From positions 71,238,001 to 71,302,000 of the forward strand of contig NC_086382.1 in assembly GCF_036588685.1 (NCBI RefSeq): a stretch of DNA of 64,000 nt, written 5' to 3'. Origin of the DNA: Mytilus trossulus. Lineage: Eukaryota. Shown one piece after another: positions 46,901 to 61,900 of the stretch. Each line of letters opens with the position of its first letter. Positions within the stretch are counted from its first letter, which is position 1. The notes beneath the pieces are model-generated. The model was not told where the DNA came from and did not search any database. It was given only the letters and a program-made list of their open reading frames with translations. The translations under genes and the position numbers were made by a program.

Positions 46901-49900
46901 ACCCTGACGAGGAAGATGTCCCAGAGGACATAGAGGCTGATGAGTTAATGAGACTTCTTGGTCCAAAGAGAATGGTAGCTCCTAGATTCAGGTGGCGTCG
47001 CAGTAGATGGATGAAGAATTGTCCAGTTGCCTTACATGATGGAAATATTATACCAGGAAAACCAGAATTTTGTGTCAGGTATAGTGCAATGCTTAAATCT
47101 AGATATCTCTGTAATCTTGCCTTTTATAGCATTATATTAGATTGTTCTCTCATATGTTATTTATCTGTTTTATTTCTTCTATTGTTTTATACCTGTGTTT
47201 AGGTCATTTACCAAAACCTTAGAATTTGTGCTGATTGTTGACTTCTCTCTTGTGTATATAAAAAAGAAGATTTGGTATTATTGGCAATGAAACAACTCTT
47301 CACAAGAGACTAAATGACTCTCAAATTAACAGCTTTAGGGCACCATACGTCTTTCAGTAATGAGCAAAGCCCATGCCATGCACTTACTATGTGTACTGTT
47401 ATTTTCAGTAATTTAGGCTATAAACGATAAACAATTTGTTATTTTAGGGTTCACATATCTAGACTAATGATCATTTAGCATCTGTTATAAAATATAAATA
47501 CATGTGAAGGGTTAATATGTTTTATCTGATTGTACAATTATAGGAAAATAAAAGGTATGTTTTGAGACATGTTAAAAGTTACCTTATTTGAATAAATTGT
47601 AATTTTGTGTTTTTACAGTTTCCTGGATAAGATTTACTGTTTGTCAAGTATTGATGCCATATCTAAGTTTATGAAGAATCCACGGCCGTACCTACTGCCA
47701 CCCCAGCCACGACCACCATGTAAACTCTCCGTCATGGGACCACCTCTGTCAGGAAAAACTACATTATGTCATCTTCTTGCCACTAAATATGGGGCAAAGG
47801 TTTGTTTATTTTTGTCTATTTCAGATGTTTTGATTAGAATTTTTCAATTCTATATTGTAGTTCAAAGTAATATACATGAGCAACTTGTTTTAAATTCATG
47901 AAATTTTATCAGCCAATTCTATTTTAAGTATTTTACATTTAATATTTATGTCATATTAATGAAGATGTATCTCAAAGATTCTGAAGTTATGGAGTCAATT
48001 TTTGGGTCAAAAACATGTTTTAATCATAGTTGAACACTGTTTCTGACTTTCTGTTATAGGTTTTAGATATGGATGCCATAATTCAGCCTCATTTAGATGA
48101 AGAAAAGAAAAGATTTCTTGAGAAAACTAAAGAGGATGCTACAGAAACTGCTATTACTACTGTAAAACTGAAAATGAAAGAACAAATGGAGGCTGAACAA
48201 GCTGCTAGAGAAGCTGAAGGTAAACCAATAAGAAATCTTGACACTTTAACCAATAGAATTGTTTTTAACACTTATTTTATGATCATTTAGTTCTAATTTG
48301 GTTTAGAAAAGTTTTAAGTGTACAAATTGTAATGTCCTGTGTCTTGCATGAAACTCAAATATGTTTGTCTGAAAAAACACAGGTCTTGGTTAAAGTATTG
48401 TTTTGTTTAATGGTAATTGTTAAATAGTTTCACCTTAAAGAAATCAGCCTAATTGTTTTCTAATTATTGTGATTGTGAATAGTTGGTCCTGTACCAGAAA
48501 AACCTAAGCCTAATGTTGTTGGTAGGTAATTTTACCTGTTATTATATTTACCTTGGAGCATGGTATATAGATTTATATATTTAACTTTATTCAGGGATAT
48601 TAGTTAGGAATTATATTTTTGTAAGGATTTGCTTAAGTATTGGTGTTAGATTATAACGTAAACATTTTGGTATGTGGGTAATAAGTTATATCCAATTTTA
48701 TTGATCTTTGCGGCTCTTTTTTGACTATTAATAGCCATAGCAGCAGAAGAGAGAGCTAAAGCAGAAAGAGAGTCGATGACAACATTTACATTAGGTCAGG
48801 AGTTAGCTGACTTTTTGTTTCTATTTTAGTTGTCCTTAGTAACCAGCAAAAATCGTCATTTGTAAAATACTATTCGTTAGTGATTGGTTAGAAGAAAGCA
48901 TGAAGAATTCTTGTTATTGAATAATTATGTCTTGAATAAATGACATACAGATGGTTTTTGCTGGTCAACTTCATTCTTTTAATTTTTGGTTATTTGTTCT
49001 GTTATTGTTAGTTATGTGTAGAGAACTTTAGCAAGACATTTCTTAGAATTAGGACATGAATGAAATTAGTGTAGGTATTTGCCACTTGAACTCTTTACAT
49101 TTGGATTATATTTGAAGTAAAATTTGTTTTTGTTGAAAATCATCTAACTTTTAAAAACATCAGAAATTTCTGAAATACCAATTAGTTTTAGACTTTTATC
49201 AGAATCAAGATTAAAAGGGTATCTTTGATATGAATATCCTGACTGTTCCTAAAGGTAGTAGAAAAGCAATAGTCATGTAATTTGGGCTGAGTCTGTGTGT
49301 GTTAAAAGCCCAGTCTTTTAACACTGTTTGTAGTCCTACATGTACTGTGTAGATTAACTTGTGTGTATATGTGTTAATTGTGTAATTTTGTGTACAGAAT
49401 TAGCTATGTTAGAGGAACAAGCTGAGGAGGAAGAACAAGATATACCAGAAGGTATCCATGACTACCACTTGCATGTTTTGAATAGCATCTATTTAGCATT
49501 GTAGCACTATAGATTAGTCACTTTCCTTTAGTATGATATCAGGTTTTCTTACCAAATTCCTAAATGACAGTAAAAACGCTTTACCTAAAATATTCGACTA
49601 TCACTTAACAAAGTTCACAACCCACTTAACAAAGTTCACGACCCTATCACTAATATTTATATTGGTTATTTAACACAGAAATAATGTATATATTTGATTT
49701 ATTTTTTTCACTTGAAGTCACAGACATCTGTACATTTACTCAAAGAAATTTTATATTTTGTATAAAGGATATTTGTACATGTTGTATGTATAATTTGATT
49801 TTTTAGTTAAAAAACCCCTGAGCTCTCCATTAATATTATACATATCTTTGGATAAAATTAGAATATTTGAAGTTGAATTAAAAATCTTTATCTCATAAAC

Positions 49901-52900
49901 ATAAATACATGTTTTACACACCAACCCTACTCATACATTTTATATCATTGTGCATGGTTAGTGCACTTGAGGATTAATACAGAATCATTATATTGTGTAT
50001 CTGGTTACGGTAGGGAGAAAGGCACTAATCTATTAAAATTTCCTGGTGGTTTGACAGATAGCCTGGACAATTATAGGAAAGAATCACTTAAATCTTATAC
50101 TTGGCAGAGTGAAAATCAAAAGTGCTTCTAACCCCTCTCCTGTTAATTTATTTCTGAAACCTCAATAAGAAGCTAGAATATTTTTAAAAGATTGCTCTTG
50201 TTTGAAAAGAAATGGCATTTCTAAATTTTTACTGTGGTGTCATTAATATTCGTTGAATACCAATTTTCGTTCATTTCATGGGTACAGGCAAACCACAAAA
50301 ATTAAATGTTCAAAGAGTGACAATTTTTTTGTATGCTTGCATGTAGACATCTGCAAAACCACAAAATTAGATATCCATGAACATGCAAGTCTTCCCTTAT
50401 CCTTGAAAATTAATAAATCCACAGTACTTATAGAAACTGAATAAGCAGCCAAATAAATATATATTTAATGTAGAATACATTATGTAAAGTTTTTTTTGTG
50501 AAGATACATTATCATGTAGAAAAGTTTCCTGATTTGAATGCAAGCATGCCAGTATAATAGTCATATATATACATATATTACATAAGCTTATTTATAACTT
50601 TCACAGGTATAAATCAATATGCATGATTTTAAATTCTTATCACCATAACATCTTGTATAATATTTAAAATATCAATCCTTTTATAACATACACCCCTTAT
50701 TTAATATTTTTGTTATTTACATATAATGGGAATTTACTCTATTAAAGCGATATATTTTGAGATTTCACAAAATGTGTGTCAAAAATGGTAATAGTTTAAA
50801 ATCTTTCAATTCCCATCTTTTTCATATAAACAATCATTTCTTATTTCATGGCTGTAATAGAATAGTGAAAACTTTCTGGTTAATTTTTATTCATATTGAA
50901 TAATGACTTATTAAACTTTCAACTCTTTTTATTTTGAAATCTTAGCACTTTCATAGTGAGATTTATCAATTCATTTGAACCTCCTATTAAAGTTTAGTAC
51001 CTAGAATAACATGTTCTGTTGCTATATTTAGAAGATGACGAGAAAAAAGATTCTGATGATGGTAAGATCATTATTACCTCCCCTGCTTAAAAATTATCTC
51101 CCTTTGCTTGATATAAGTCCTTTGCTTGTATAACCAACCTTAGCGGCTTTCTACAGCACCCACCATTACACAACTTTTTATAATTTTTAGACCACAAAAC
51201 ATGAAAATATGGAGGTCGACTATGGATGATTGTTTAAAACTATTAACATGATTAAAGTGTTCCAAAAATTATGAGCTAGGGTGTTAAAAAATTAATTACT
51301 ATGTTTTTTTTGACAGCAACAAGAATGTTATTAAAATCAAATTTGTAAAGTAAATCAGCTTAAAAATAAAATCAAAAGGTATATTCATTATGCAAGCTGA
51401 AGAATGCTGTCATATTCCGAAAAAAAATCTGAACTGAAATTGCCTAAGCTAAAGAAATGTAAGTGGACTGAATGTATTGAATTAAATAAAAGAAGGCAGT
51501 ACTGACGTTCTGTATTATTTTATATACAAAAAGTTAACCCATTCAGACTGTTATATCAACAGACACCTCATGCTTTTATACCCTTTTGTTTATGTTAGTA
51601 TCAGCATCTTCTTTCCTACAGCACTATTTTTCTTCACTTTCTTATAATTTATATATTTGCACCTGCATTCCACTTTATATCCACAGTATTTTCTTCACTT
51701 ATATTGTTTGTATATATGCTTTTTATGTTTTTAGTCAGTGTTGATATTATAAATATCAAGATTTATACATTAATTGAAATACATATGATGGTATACTATA
51801 TCCGTGTGATCATATAATATAAATTGATAATTGTAACCATAATATGGACTAAAGAATTGAAGATTATTGTGAACAAACTTCGATTTGATGGATGGGTATG
51901 CAGTTGCTAGGATGTAACAGTTTGAGAAAATTAATTTCTATCAAAATTCAAATTGATTTGTTGTAAAAGAGAATAATCAATATAAATAAGTTTCCATAAT
52001 GTCCAGGATACAATTGATCTTGTATGTTGAAAGTATTAATTGCCAAAATGTTAAGTTTATCTTGTAAATATATGTCATGTATGTCCAGGTAATTGGTCTG
52101 TAAATTTTTACATTTCTTTTCCAACTGGGAATTTTCCTTAATCCATGAAAATTAATGGTACGGTACCCACGAAAATAAATGAATCCATAGTATGCCCAAG
52201 CTTTTAATTGGAACATGTTTAAAAACATTTCTTAATATCTAGGTAGCTGATTGGTGACCTATGGTAAATTGTAATTTTTAAAACAAATGTTTTTTTATGA
52301 AATCCAAATGTTTTCTGCTTGAAACAAAATAAGAAAAGGTAGGCATGTGTTTTACTCACTAAGTGAGAAACCTGCAAGATTAGTGCAGATTAAATGTGTT
52401 CTATGCATTTATGAAATGCATTTTAGGTTTTGGGTATCAAATAGTATATCTTACAAACTGGTCAGTCAAATGATTTCTTTATCTTGGTAAATATCATCCT
52501 CACAGACTTTGATTTATATTGGTATCAATCATGAATCCACTGCACTGAGGATTCTCTATAACATAATTGGATTAGAATAATAAGACCAATTTGATCCTTT
52601 AAATCACAGATGGAACTACAACAGAAGGAGAGACCATTGCAGTCAGTAAAAGTGATGAAAAGAAAGAATCGGATGATGCTGAAAAACCAGAAGGAGAAAG
52701 CGAAAAACCAGAAGGCGAAAGTGACAAATCTGAAGGGGAAGGTGAAGATACAACAAAGCTAGCTGTCTTAACTAACATCAGCTAGTTTTACTTTATACTA
52801 GATACCTGATAGCTATTTAGTCTATCAACAGCTCTTTTTACTATACATACATCATAGCTACTTAGTCAATCATCAGCTCTTTTTACTTATAACTACATAC

Positions 52901-55900
52901 ATCATAGCTACCTAATCAAATTTCAGCTCTTTTACTTATTACTACATACATGATAGCTACCTAGTTAAACATCAACTCTTTTTACTTATAACTACATATA
53001 TCATAGCTACCGAGTCAATCATCAGCACTTTTTACTTATAACTACATACATCATAGCTACCTAGTCAATCATCAACTCTTTTTACTTATAACTACATACA
53101 TGATAGCTACCTAGTCAATCATCATCTCTTTTTACTTATAACTACATACATCATAGCTACCTAGTCAAACATCAACTCTTTTTACTTATAACTACATACA
53201 TGATAGCTACCTAGTCAATCATCAACTCTTTTTACATATAACTACATACATGATAGCTACCTAGTCAATCATCAGCTCTTTTTACTTATAACTACATACA
53301 TGATAGCTACCTAGTCAATCATCAACTCTTTTTACATATAACTACATACATGATAGCTACCTAGTCAATCATCAACTCTTTTTACTAATAACTACATATA
53401 TCATAGCTACCGAGTCAATCATCAACTCTTTTTACATATAACTACATACATGATAGCTACTGAGTCAATCATCAACTCTTTTTACTAATAACTACATATA
53501 TCATAGCTACCGAGTCAATCATCAGCTCTTTTTACTTATAACTACATACATGATAGCTACCTAGTCAATCATCAACTCTTTTTACTTATAACTACATACA
53601 TGATAGCTACCTAGTCAATCATCAACTCTTTTTACTTATAACTACAAACATGATAGCTATCTAGTCAATCATCAACTCTTTTTACTTATAACTACATACA
53701 TGATAGCTACCTAGTCAATCATCAACTCTTTTTACTTATAACTACAAACATGATAGCTACCTAGTCAATCATCAACTCTTTTTACTAATAACTACATACA
53801 TGATAGCTACCTAGTCAATCATCAGCTCTTTTTACTTATAACTACATACATCATAGCTACCTAGTCAAACATCAACTCTTTTTACTTATAACTACATACA
53901 TGATAGCTACCTAGTCAATCATCAACTCTTTTTACTTATAACTACATACATCATAGCTACCTAGTCAATCATCAGCACTTTTTACTTTTAACTACATACA
54001 TGATAGCTACCTAGTCAATCATCAGCTCTTTTTACTTATAACTACATACATCATAGCTATCTAGTCAATCATCAGCACTTTTTACTTATAACTACATACA
54101 TGATAGCTACCTAGTCAATCATCAACTCTTTTTACTTATAACTACATACATCATAGCTATCAAGTTATCATAAACTCTTTTTACTTATAACTACATACAT
54201 CATAGCTATCAAGGTATCATAAACTCTTTTTACTTATAACTACATACATCATAGCTATCTAGTCAATCATCAGCACTTTTTACTTATAACTACATACATG
54301 ATAGCTACCTAGTCAATCATCAACTCTTTTTACTTATAACTACATACATCATAGCTATCAAGTTATCATAAACTCTTTTTACTTATAACTACATACATCA
54401 TAGCTATCAAGTTATCATAAACTCTTTTTACTTATAACTACATACATGATAGCTACCTAGTCAATCATCAACTCTTTTTACTTATAACTACATACATCAT
54501 AGCTACTGAGTCAATCATCAACTCTTTTTACTTATAACTACATACATCATAGCTATCTAGTCAATCATCAACTCTTTTTACTTATAACTACATACATCAT
54601 AGCTATCTAGTCAATCATCAGCTCTTTTTACTTATAACTACATACATGATAGCTACTGAGTCAATCATCAACTCTTTTTACTTATAACTACATACATCAT
54701 AGCTATCATGTCAAACATCAACTGTTTTTACTTATAACTACATACATCATAGCTATCTAGTCAATCATCAGCTCTTTTTACTTATAACTACATACATGAT
54801 AGCTACCGAGTCAATCATCAGCACTTTTTACTTATAACTACATACATCATAGCTATCGAGTCAATCATCAGCTCTTTTTACTTATAACTACATACATGAT
54901 AGCTACTGAGTCAATCATCAGCTCTTTTTACTTATAACTACATACATCATAGCTACTGAGTCAATCATCAACTCTTTTTACTTATAACTACATACATCAT
55001 AGCTATCAAGTTATCATAAACTCTTTTTACTTATAACTACATACATCATAGCTATCAAGTCAAACATCAACTCTTTTTACTATACATTCATGATAGCTAC
55101 CTAGTCAATCATTAAATCTTTTTACTTTATACCTCAAACATTCATGAACGCTACCTAGTAATCATCAACTCTTTTTACTTTATACCACAAACATGATAGC
55201 TACCTAGTCAATCACTAACTCTTTTTACTTTATTATGATTTTTGATAGCAGAATATTTAGTGAATCATCAGCTAATTAATCTTTATGCGACATACATGAT
55301 CAGCTAGTTTTACTTATTTCAACATACATGACAGCTATCTAGTCAATCATCAACTCTTTGTTATCTTGCCTCATTTCATAAATTTAATAATAGTTTCACT
55401 GTTTGGGTTGTTTCCCCTGTTTCAAAATGTTCCAAGTTTTTCATTAAGATCAAGATTTAAGTAGGACAGTAAGTCAAAGACAATTGTTTGTCAGTGTGTA
55501 TGTGTTGGAAAGTTTTAGTAGTGAAATTCTATGAAAGATTCTAGTTGTGTATGTGTTTACATCAAGATTTAACCAACTGATATATTCATTTTGGAGTTTT
55601 TCTGTCACATATATCATAAATTATAAATACTATAATGTTGCCCCACTGTAGTAAAGACTAGTTAAGTTTAATTGTTTTGTCCAACTACGAGTTTTATAGG
55701 AAGGATATTGTGTTAGTTTACATGATTTGATAGGAAGAGGAATTCCTTTAGGCACTGGATCACTGGAACAAGATAGGAATTATTAACCCATGCTAAGTTG
55801 TAAGAACTTATTCTAAGAAGTACTGGTCGAACAAAAAGAATGAATACATTGTCAGTGCATTATTCTGGAAAAGAAACAATGTTCTCTGTTCATGCCATAT

Positions 55901-58900
55901 TATTGTCACATCCAACTATGTGTTAGTCATACAGTTAACTTTGGTTATATTTTGCTACAAGGTTCATATCTTTAATTTTCTTCTTTTTATTTTATCCCAA
56001 TATTGACATCTGCGTCATTTGATCTTTGTTGGATAGTTGTGATAAGCAATCCTACCACATCTACTTTTTTCTTTCTCAAATATTCAGAATCTGCAAGGAA
56101 ATTATTGAACAGAAACAATTGAACTTCATCTATGATTGCTTCAAATTGATTTTTACTAAATACATGCTAGACAGTCTGTCATCTTATTACTTTATACTAG
56201 AAACATTATAAATGTAGTTGGTCAAAAAGACATTTTCTTGGTAATATTAGATGCTAGTCTACAAGTATTTCTCTTGTATTATTGTTCTGACGATACACCT
56301 TTTATTATGATATATTACTTAGAATTAGTATCAATTTCAATTAATCAAACGTTTTATGATAAAGTATATCTTACTTTTTATTCTTTATGCATATCTTCTT
56401 TAGTCAAATTAGTACAAATCCTTTGTGGTTTGAAGCTTTTTTTCAATGATTTATCTTCAATAGGGCTTCAAAACCATTCAAATATTCAAAACTTTTTGAC
56501 AGTTTATCCTTATTTTTATTAAATAATATATATGCCTTCTGACTAGTATGGCTTATGATTACAGTACACACATGTATGAAGTAATATGTCATAGGCTTAT
56601 CTTACTGTTTAAGCCAGGTCCATATTAAGGTCAGATTTTTTAGAAAAAATGCTTCGAGAGTTTTGTTTGGCTCCTCATTTTCTTAAATATGTTATTTGAT
56701 GAATAATTGCAAAATGCTAAATTTGAGTGAAATAAAGTGTAAGACATTATATAGTACATTTCAGTGTACTCATGTAGTGTCTGATTGCTTTGATGCAAAT
56801 GTTCACTTTGTTTTAGACAAATATACCGTAAGTCAACTAAAGTTATATTTTCAGTTTATTTTTTCAAATACTATCATGTTTAAATCTTTTCTGGCTTGGT
56901 TTTGATTGTTTTATAAATTATATTTATATTACAGCAAATTTATACAGAATTGATTATTTATTGGAATTTAATAACTTTCTGTGGAAAATCTTGAAGTAAT
57001 AATTTTTAAATGATTAAAAAAGACTTTTTTTTACATATTTAAAAACTTTAAACTTTTAATTTTGGCATTCTCTCAAAGAATTAATTATTGAAGCATCTAT
57101 GTTTTTTTTGTGGTCAAAATCTAATTGTGCAGTTTATATTTCAATTCGTAGAATGTAACTTAACATGTCAAAGATTCAGTTTAAAAATGACATGTCATTC
57201 TAATAGATAAATCTTAAGATACATTTTCATATAACTTTAATCAATTTGAAATGTGAAATTAACATTTAGTTTTCATATGAAACTTATAATTCTGAAATGT
57301 TTCTATTTCTCTGTTCCTTCAGGTGTTGTCACAGATGATCAGCCAACAGAAACAGATGAGGACAAGAAACCAGAAGAAAGTGAAGGAGGAAAATCATCTG
57401 ACGAGAAAACTGGAGAATCAGAACCTGGAGCACCAGCCAAACCAGAGGCTCCAAAAGTACCTGAGGTTGATGGCAACCACCCAGAAGTTATAGCTATGGT
57501 AGAAGAGGCTGTAAAAGAGGCAGAGAAGCAGTCAGTGACCTTGACACCTGAGGTGTATGTAGATATCCTTGACAAAGCCATCAAAGATGTAGAGAAAGAA
57601 CAAAGAGACCAGAATGCTGAGGGACCACTGTATGTATACCTTGTATGGCTTGTAATTTATGTCCCTTTTCTTCATACCTGCCAACTGTCACTATTTTCAG
57701 GGGAATTTCCTCAAGAAAGCTATCAAATGTAAATTTTGTAAGTGCAATTTTGTCTACAATTTCAAACAAATCAGTTATTTTTCCATTTCTATAGGCTTTT
57801 AAAAGTATGAAGAAGCCAAAAAAACAACATTAATATATACATTTCAAGGCCCCCTTGAGTTTTTTTTAGAACTATATTAGAGCCATCTTGCATGCAAAAC
57901 CCCCACGGGGATTTTGAAAAGTTGGCAGGTATGTTTCTTGTTTATTTGTAATATAAAAACAATGATATGTGATATGAAACAACCATTTATCAACTGTCCA
58001 CATGTTGTGAAGGTTTACAGACACGTACTTCACAATGAACAAAACCTTAACTATATTATTAGCTCCAAAGGCCCTGTTCTTTATACTTTGCACAAATTTG
58101 CTGCAGAAATTTCCTTCTTAGATATATATAAGACTAAAACCCTTAGCAAAGTCGTTTCAAACTTATAAACCTGCAAGAAATTTTTGAAAGACTCTAAAAT
58201 AGATTTATCAAAAGAAAAAGAAATCTATAGACAAAGAAATTTCAAATAGCGGATTTTTTTTTCTTTGTGTCAAAAGTAATGACTAAAACACTTATACTTT
58301 ATAATATTTATTCAGGAATGGAGGCTGGATCCTTGATAACTTTCCACGAACCAGGGACCAGTGGACTATGGCTATAGAGAAGAATGTTCTTCCTGATGAT
58401 GTTGTATGTCTGAAGGATAGTGACAATGGAGAATTCCTACTCAAGAGGTACTACTTAATTAACAAGGAGGAGATTGATGGAAAGATTAAACTGAGGAAAG
58501 ATGCTGAGGAGAAAAAGAAAAAACAAGAGGAGGAAGAAAAAAGGTAATAAATCTGCTTAATTGACCTAAGACCTTATACACAAGATAATCATGTAGTGAA
58601 TTAGTGATACATGTACAACAGACAACTTTTGAGTTTCGATGCATTTCCGTCAAAAAACTTTGGTTTTAGTGAACATCATTCGTGTGTTTAGGGGAATCGT
58701 CACATCCGTTCCAATGTTGAGGGAGTGGTTGGAAAACTGTAAAGCTATATTGCACTTATTATTCATCAAATTGAATTCTCATAATTGTCTTTCAGCACTG
58801 CTGTCATTGGTTAATTGTGATTAAGTACATGCAGAACAAATATCAATTTGACAACTCAAAAGTGGTCTATTCAAGCATTTGTTCGCCCAAAATAAATTTA

Positions 58901-61900
58901 ACTCTAAAACACCAGTTTGTTTAAGAAAATGGGTTTTACATAAAAAATGTAATGGCAACTTTTTTCTGTCTATCCATTTTCTGATATAAAACTTCTGAAG
59001 AAATTCGATTGGAATTAAATTCCTTATTAAATGATATGGTTAGAAATCATACAACATCTGAAATCAAACTTGTATTTTCTGTACATAGTCTTCACTATAA
59101 TATCAATTATAGGAGAAAGTTGGAAGAAGAAAAGAGGGCAGAGGAAGAAGCAGCAAAGAAAGCTGCAGAGGAAGAAAGACTGAGGAAATTAGAGGAAGGA
59201 GAGGAGGAACAAGAAGGCGGTGGAGAGGAAGAGGATGGTAAGGGACAAATATAAGAGTCACATGATTCAAGATGGGTTTTTAAAGGGCACCAATGAAATG
59301 TTCTTACTAACTTTTCTTGGTCATATCATGATATCTCTTTGTTTTTATTGTGTTTCATTTAAGTTATATTAGAAAAATTGAGTCAGGAAAGAAAGCCAGA
59401 TTTTTAGGTTTTAAGAAAGAAGTGTGGATAAATGGGTAAATAGTTGGTGACTTCACAACTGAAAGAAATGTTATTGAGATTGCACATGTATGTTGGTGAC
59501 AGTACTCAGATGAATTTGCTTACTAACTGGAATACGGTTTTGTTTTCAGTGACCTATTTCTAAAAATACCTGTTTTATCAATTAAAAAAAAATTAATAAA
59601 ATGTTTTCTATAAATAGATGAAAATGAATCAATTGGTAAGCTGTTCATTTTAAGCTTAATTTATAATCACTCTATTTATAAACATTACTGCACAGTAACC
59701 ATTCAATATGCTTACATTTTATTATATTATATTTTTTATTCACATTTAAGCCTTTAATGTACAGCTGATATACAATTACTTAAGTTTATTTTTCATTGAT
59801 TTTTATGCGAAATATAATGAAAATATGCACAGGTTTGATTTAGTTTTAAATTCGATTGTCAATTGTACAACATGGACATGAGCATAAACAGTGAATTTCT
59901 TGTGTAAATAAAATGCCAATTAATATGAAATATATTACTGGTCCAAAGCTGGAGGTTTTTTTTTTTTTTGGAATGATCAATCTCTGTTTACCTTTAAAAT
60001 ATGATGCATTTGATTAAACAGAACAGCATGCCAATATTAATATGTAGCACTGCTTCATACTGTTATATAAGGCTTTACATATTTTCCATTTCACTTTATA
60101 TATGCTTTTACAATGACAAAGTTATCACATGTTAGTAAAAAACAAATTGAAATATTTACAACAGGACTTTTCACAAACCAATTTATTTATCAACAAGAAT
60201 ATGCAAATGGAGATGACAATAAAAAACTAAGGAAAATTTTCCCTTGGTTAAAAGAAATTAAAAAACTGCTTCTTTTTATCTCAACATTGTGAGGTATGTT
60301 GACATCAAAATCTTCAATGCAATATCAAGATGTTGAAGTTTAAAACAAAAATCCGATAAAGGATATACTAATGTAGATGTAACATATGCATGATCTCACA
60401 ATATTTTTCCAGTTATTAAACCTGCTTTTTAGAATATTTAGCATTATCCATTCTGCAAGCTTATTATTTTTATTATTTAAGATATACTTGCAATGCTTTA
60501 AATATAATATAACCTTTTACATGTAATACATTAAAAATATTGTTAATGGCATATTATTGAAAAATATTGGATAATATTGTTTTAAATGATAACAAAGAGT
60601 GACGACTTAAAATATTTGATTGATAGATGATGAATGTTAAAACACACACTTTTAAAAATGTTTATCATTTTCATTTGTCATGTTTGTAAAAATTTTGACT
60701 GCTTGGTGTAAACTTAATATGGGTGCACGGTTTTCATGAAAATTACACAGGTGTATATGTTAAAGAATACCATGTTATCAACATTGAATGCATGTGTCAC
60801 TGCTTAACACTCACCTATGGTACATGTACAATGACAGATTATAACTAACATGTGCTGAGTTCAGAATCATGTAAAAACTATTTCAATGGATTTAAATATA
60901 GGACTTGTCTGAATAAATATCCAGAAAATATTAGATATATATGACTTGTTTACACTCAATTATATTTTGAATAAAGAAATTAACAACTTATAAATACATT
61001 TTTGAGTATTTCCCGAAAACAAGTTCTTGCGACCAAGAAATGTAACTTTTTTCACAAAACATATATATAGTAATCGAAATTTTACTGCATGCAATTTCAA
61101 AATACTTCTTTAAATATGATGCATGTTTAAGCATGGTGATTTTATCTGTTCTGGGAAGGTTTTATTGAAACAAAATTCAGTTTTCATTTAGCAATTGAAT
61201 CAGATTTCATAAAGTATTTACATTGTGACAAGGGAGATAACTTCTGCACATGTTAGTTATGATTCTAATGGCTAATTGTTTTAATGCATGATTGATCTCA
61301 CTGTGGTTTTATGCATGTTTGTCTAGCAAGTAAAAGTGATGCACCAGCACAGCCAGATGAAGAGGAGGGGGAAGAAAAGGAGGAGGAAAAAGAGGCAGAA
61401 CCTGAAACAAAAGGTCCGTTGATATGACCCTTATACATATAATATTACTCAACTTAATTTTCTGATTTACAACTCTCCCATCTCCCACAAAAGGTCCGTT
61501 GATATTACCCTTATTCATATAATATTACTCAACTTAATGTCCTGATTTACAACCCTCCTACCTCCTTTTATATATGTAACTATTTGTGTTAACATGAAAC
61601 CTAGAAAGGAAAAGGGAATACATTCTCGATGCCTTATTCAATCAATTTGAGATACTCAAAAGAAAACTGGCAACTATGTTAAATAAAGATTATAATTAAA
61701 CTTGAGATTTTTATTTTGAATAAAATATTGTGGCATAGAAATCCAGGAATATCAAATCAAAGAACACTTTTTATAACTGGTCAATCTTTGTTAAAATATT
61801 TTTGTGCTTTTATTCCATAAAAGTTTGTATCAAGCTTATCATTTTCTGGTACTAGGTTGTGTGCATGGGAAATAGGAGATTGTGACCTAACATTGAATTT

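Noticed and set aside
56817-56827. Possible 11-nt AK9 microexon (ttttag ACAAATATACC gtaagt)
   Set aside because: The splice sites look good, but phase 1 to 0 is incompatible with the next phase-1 exon. It would frameshift, so it is unsupported without RNA data.
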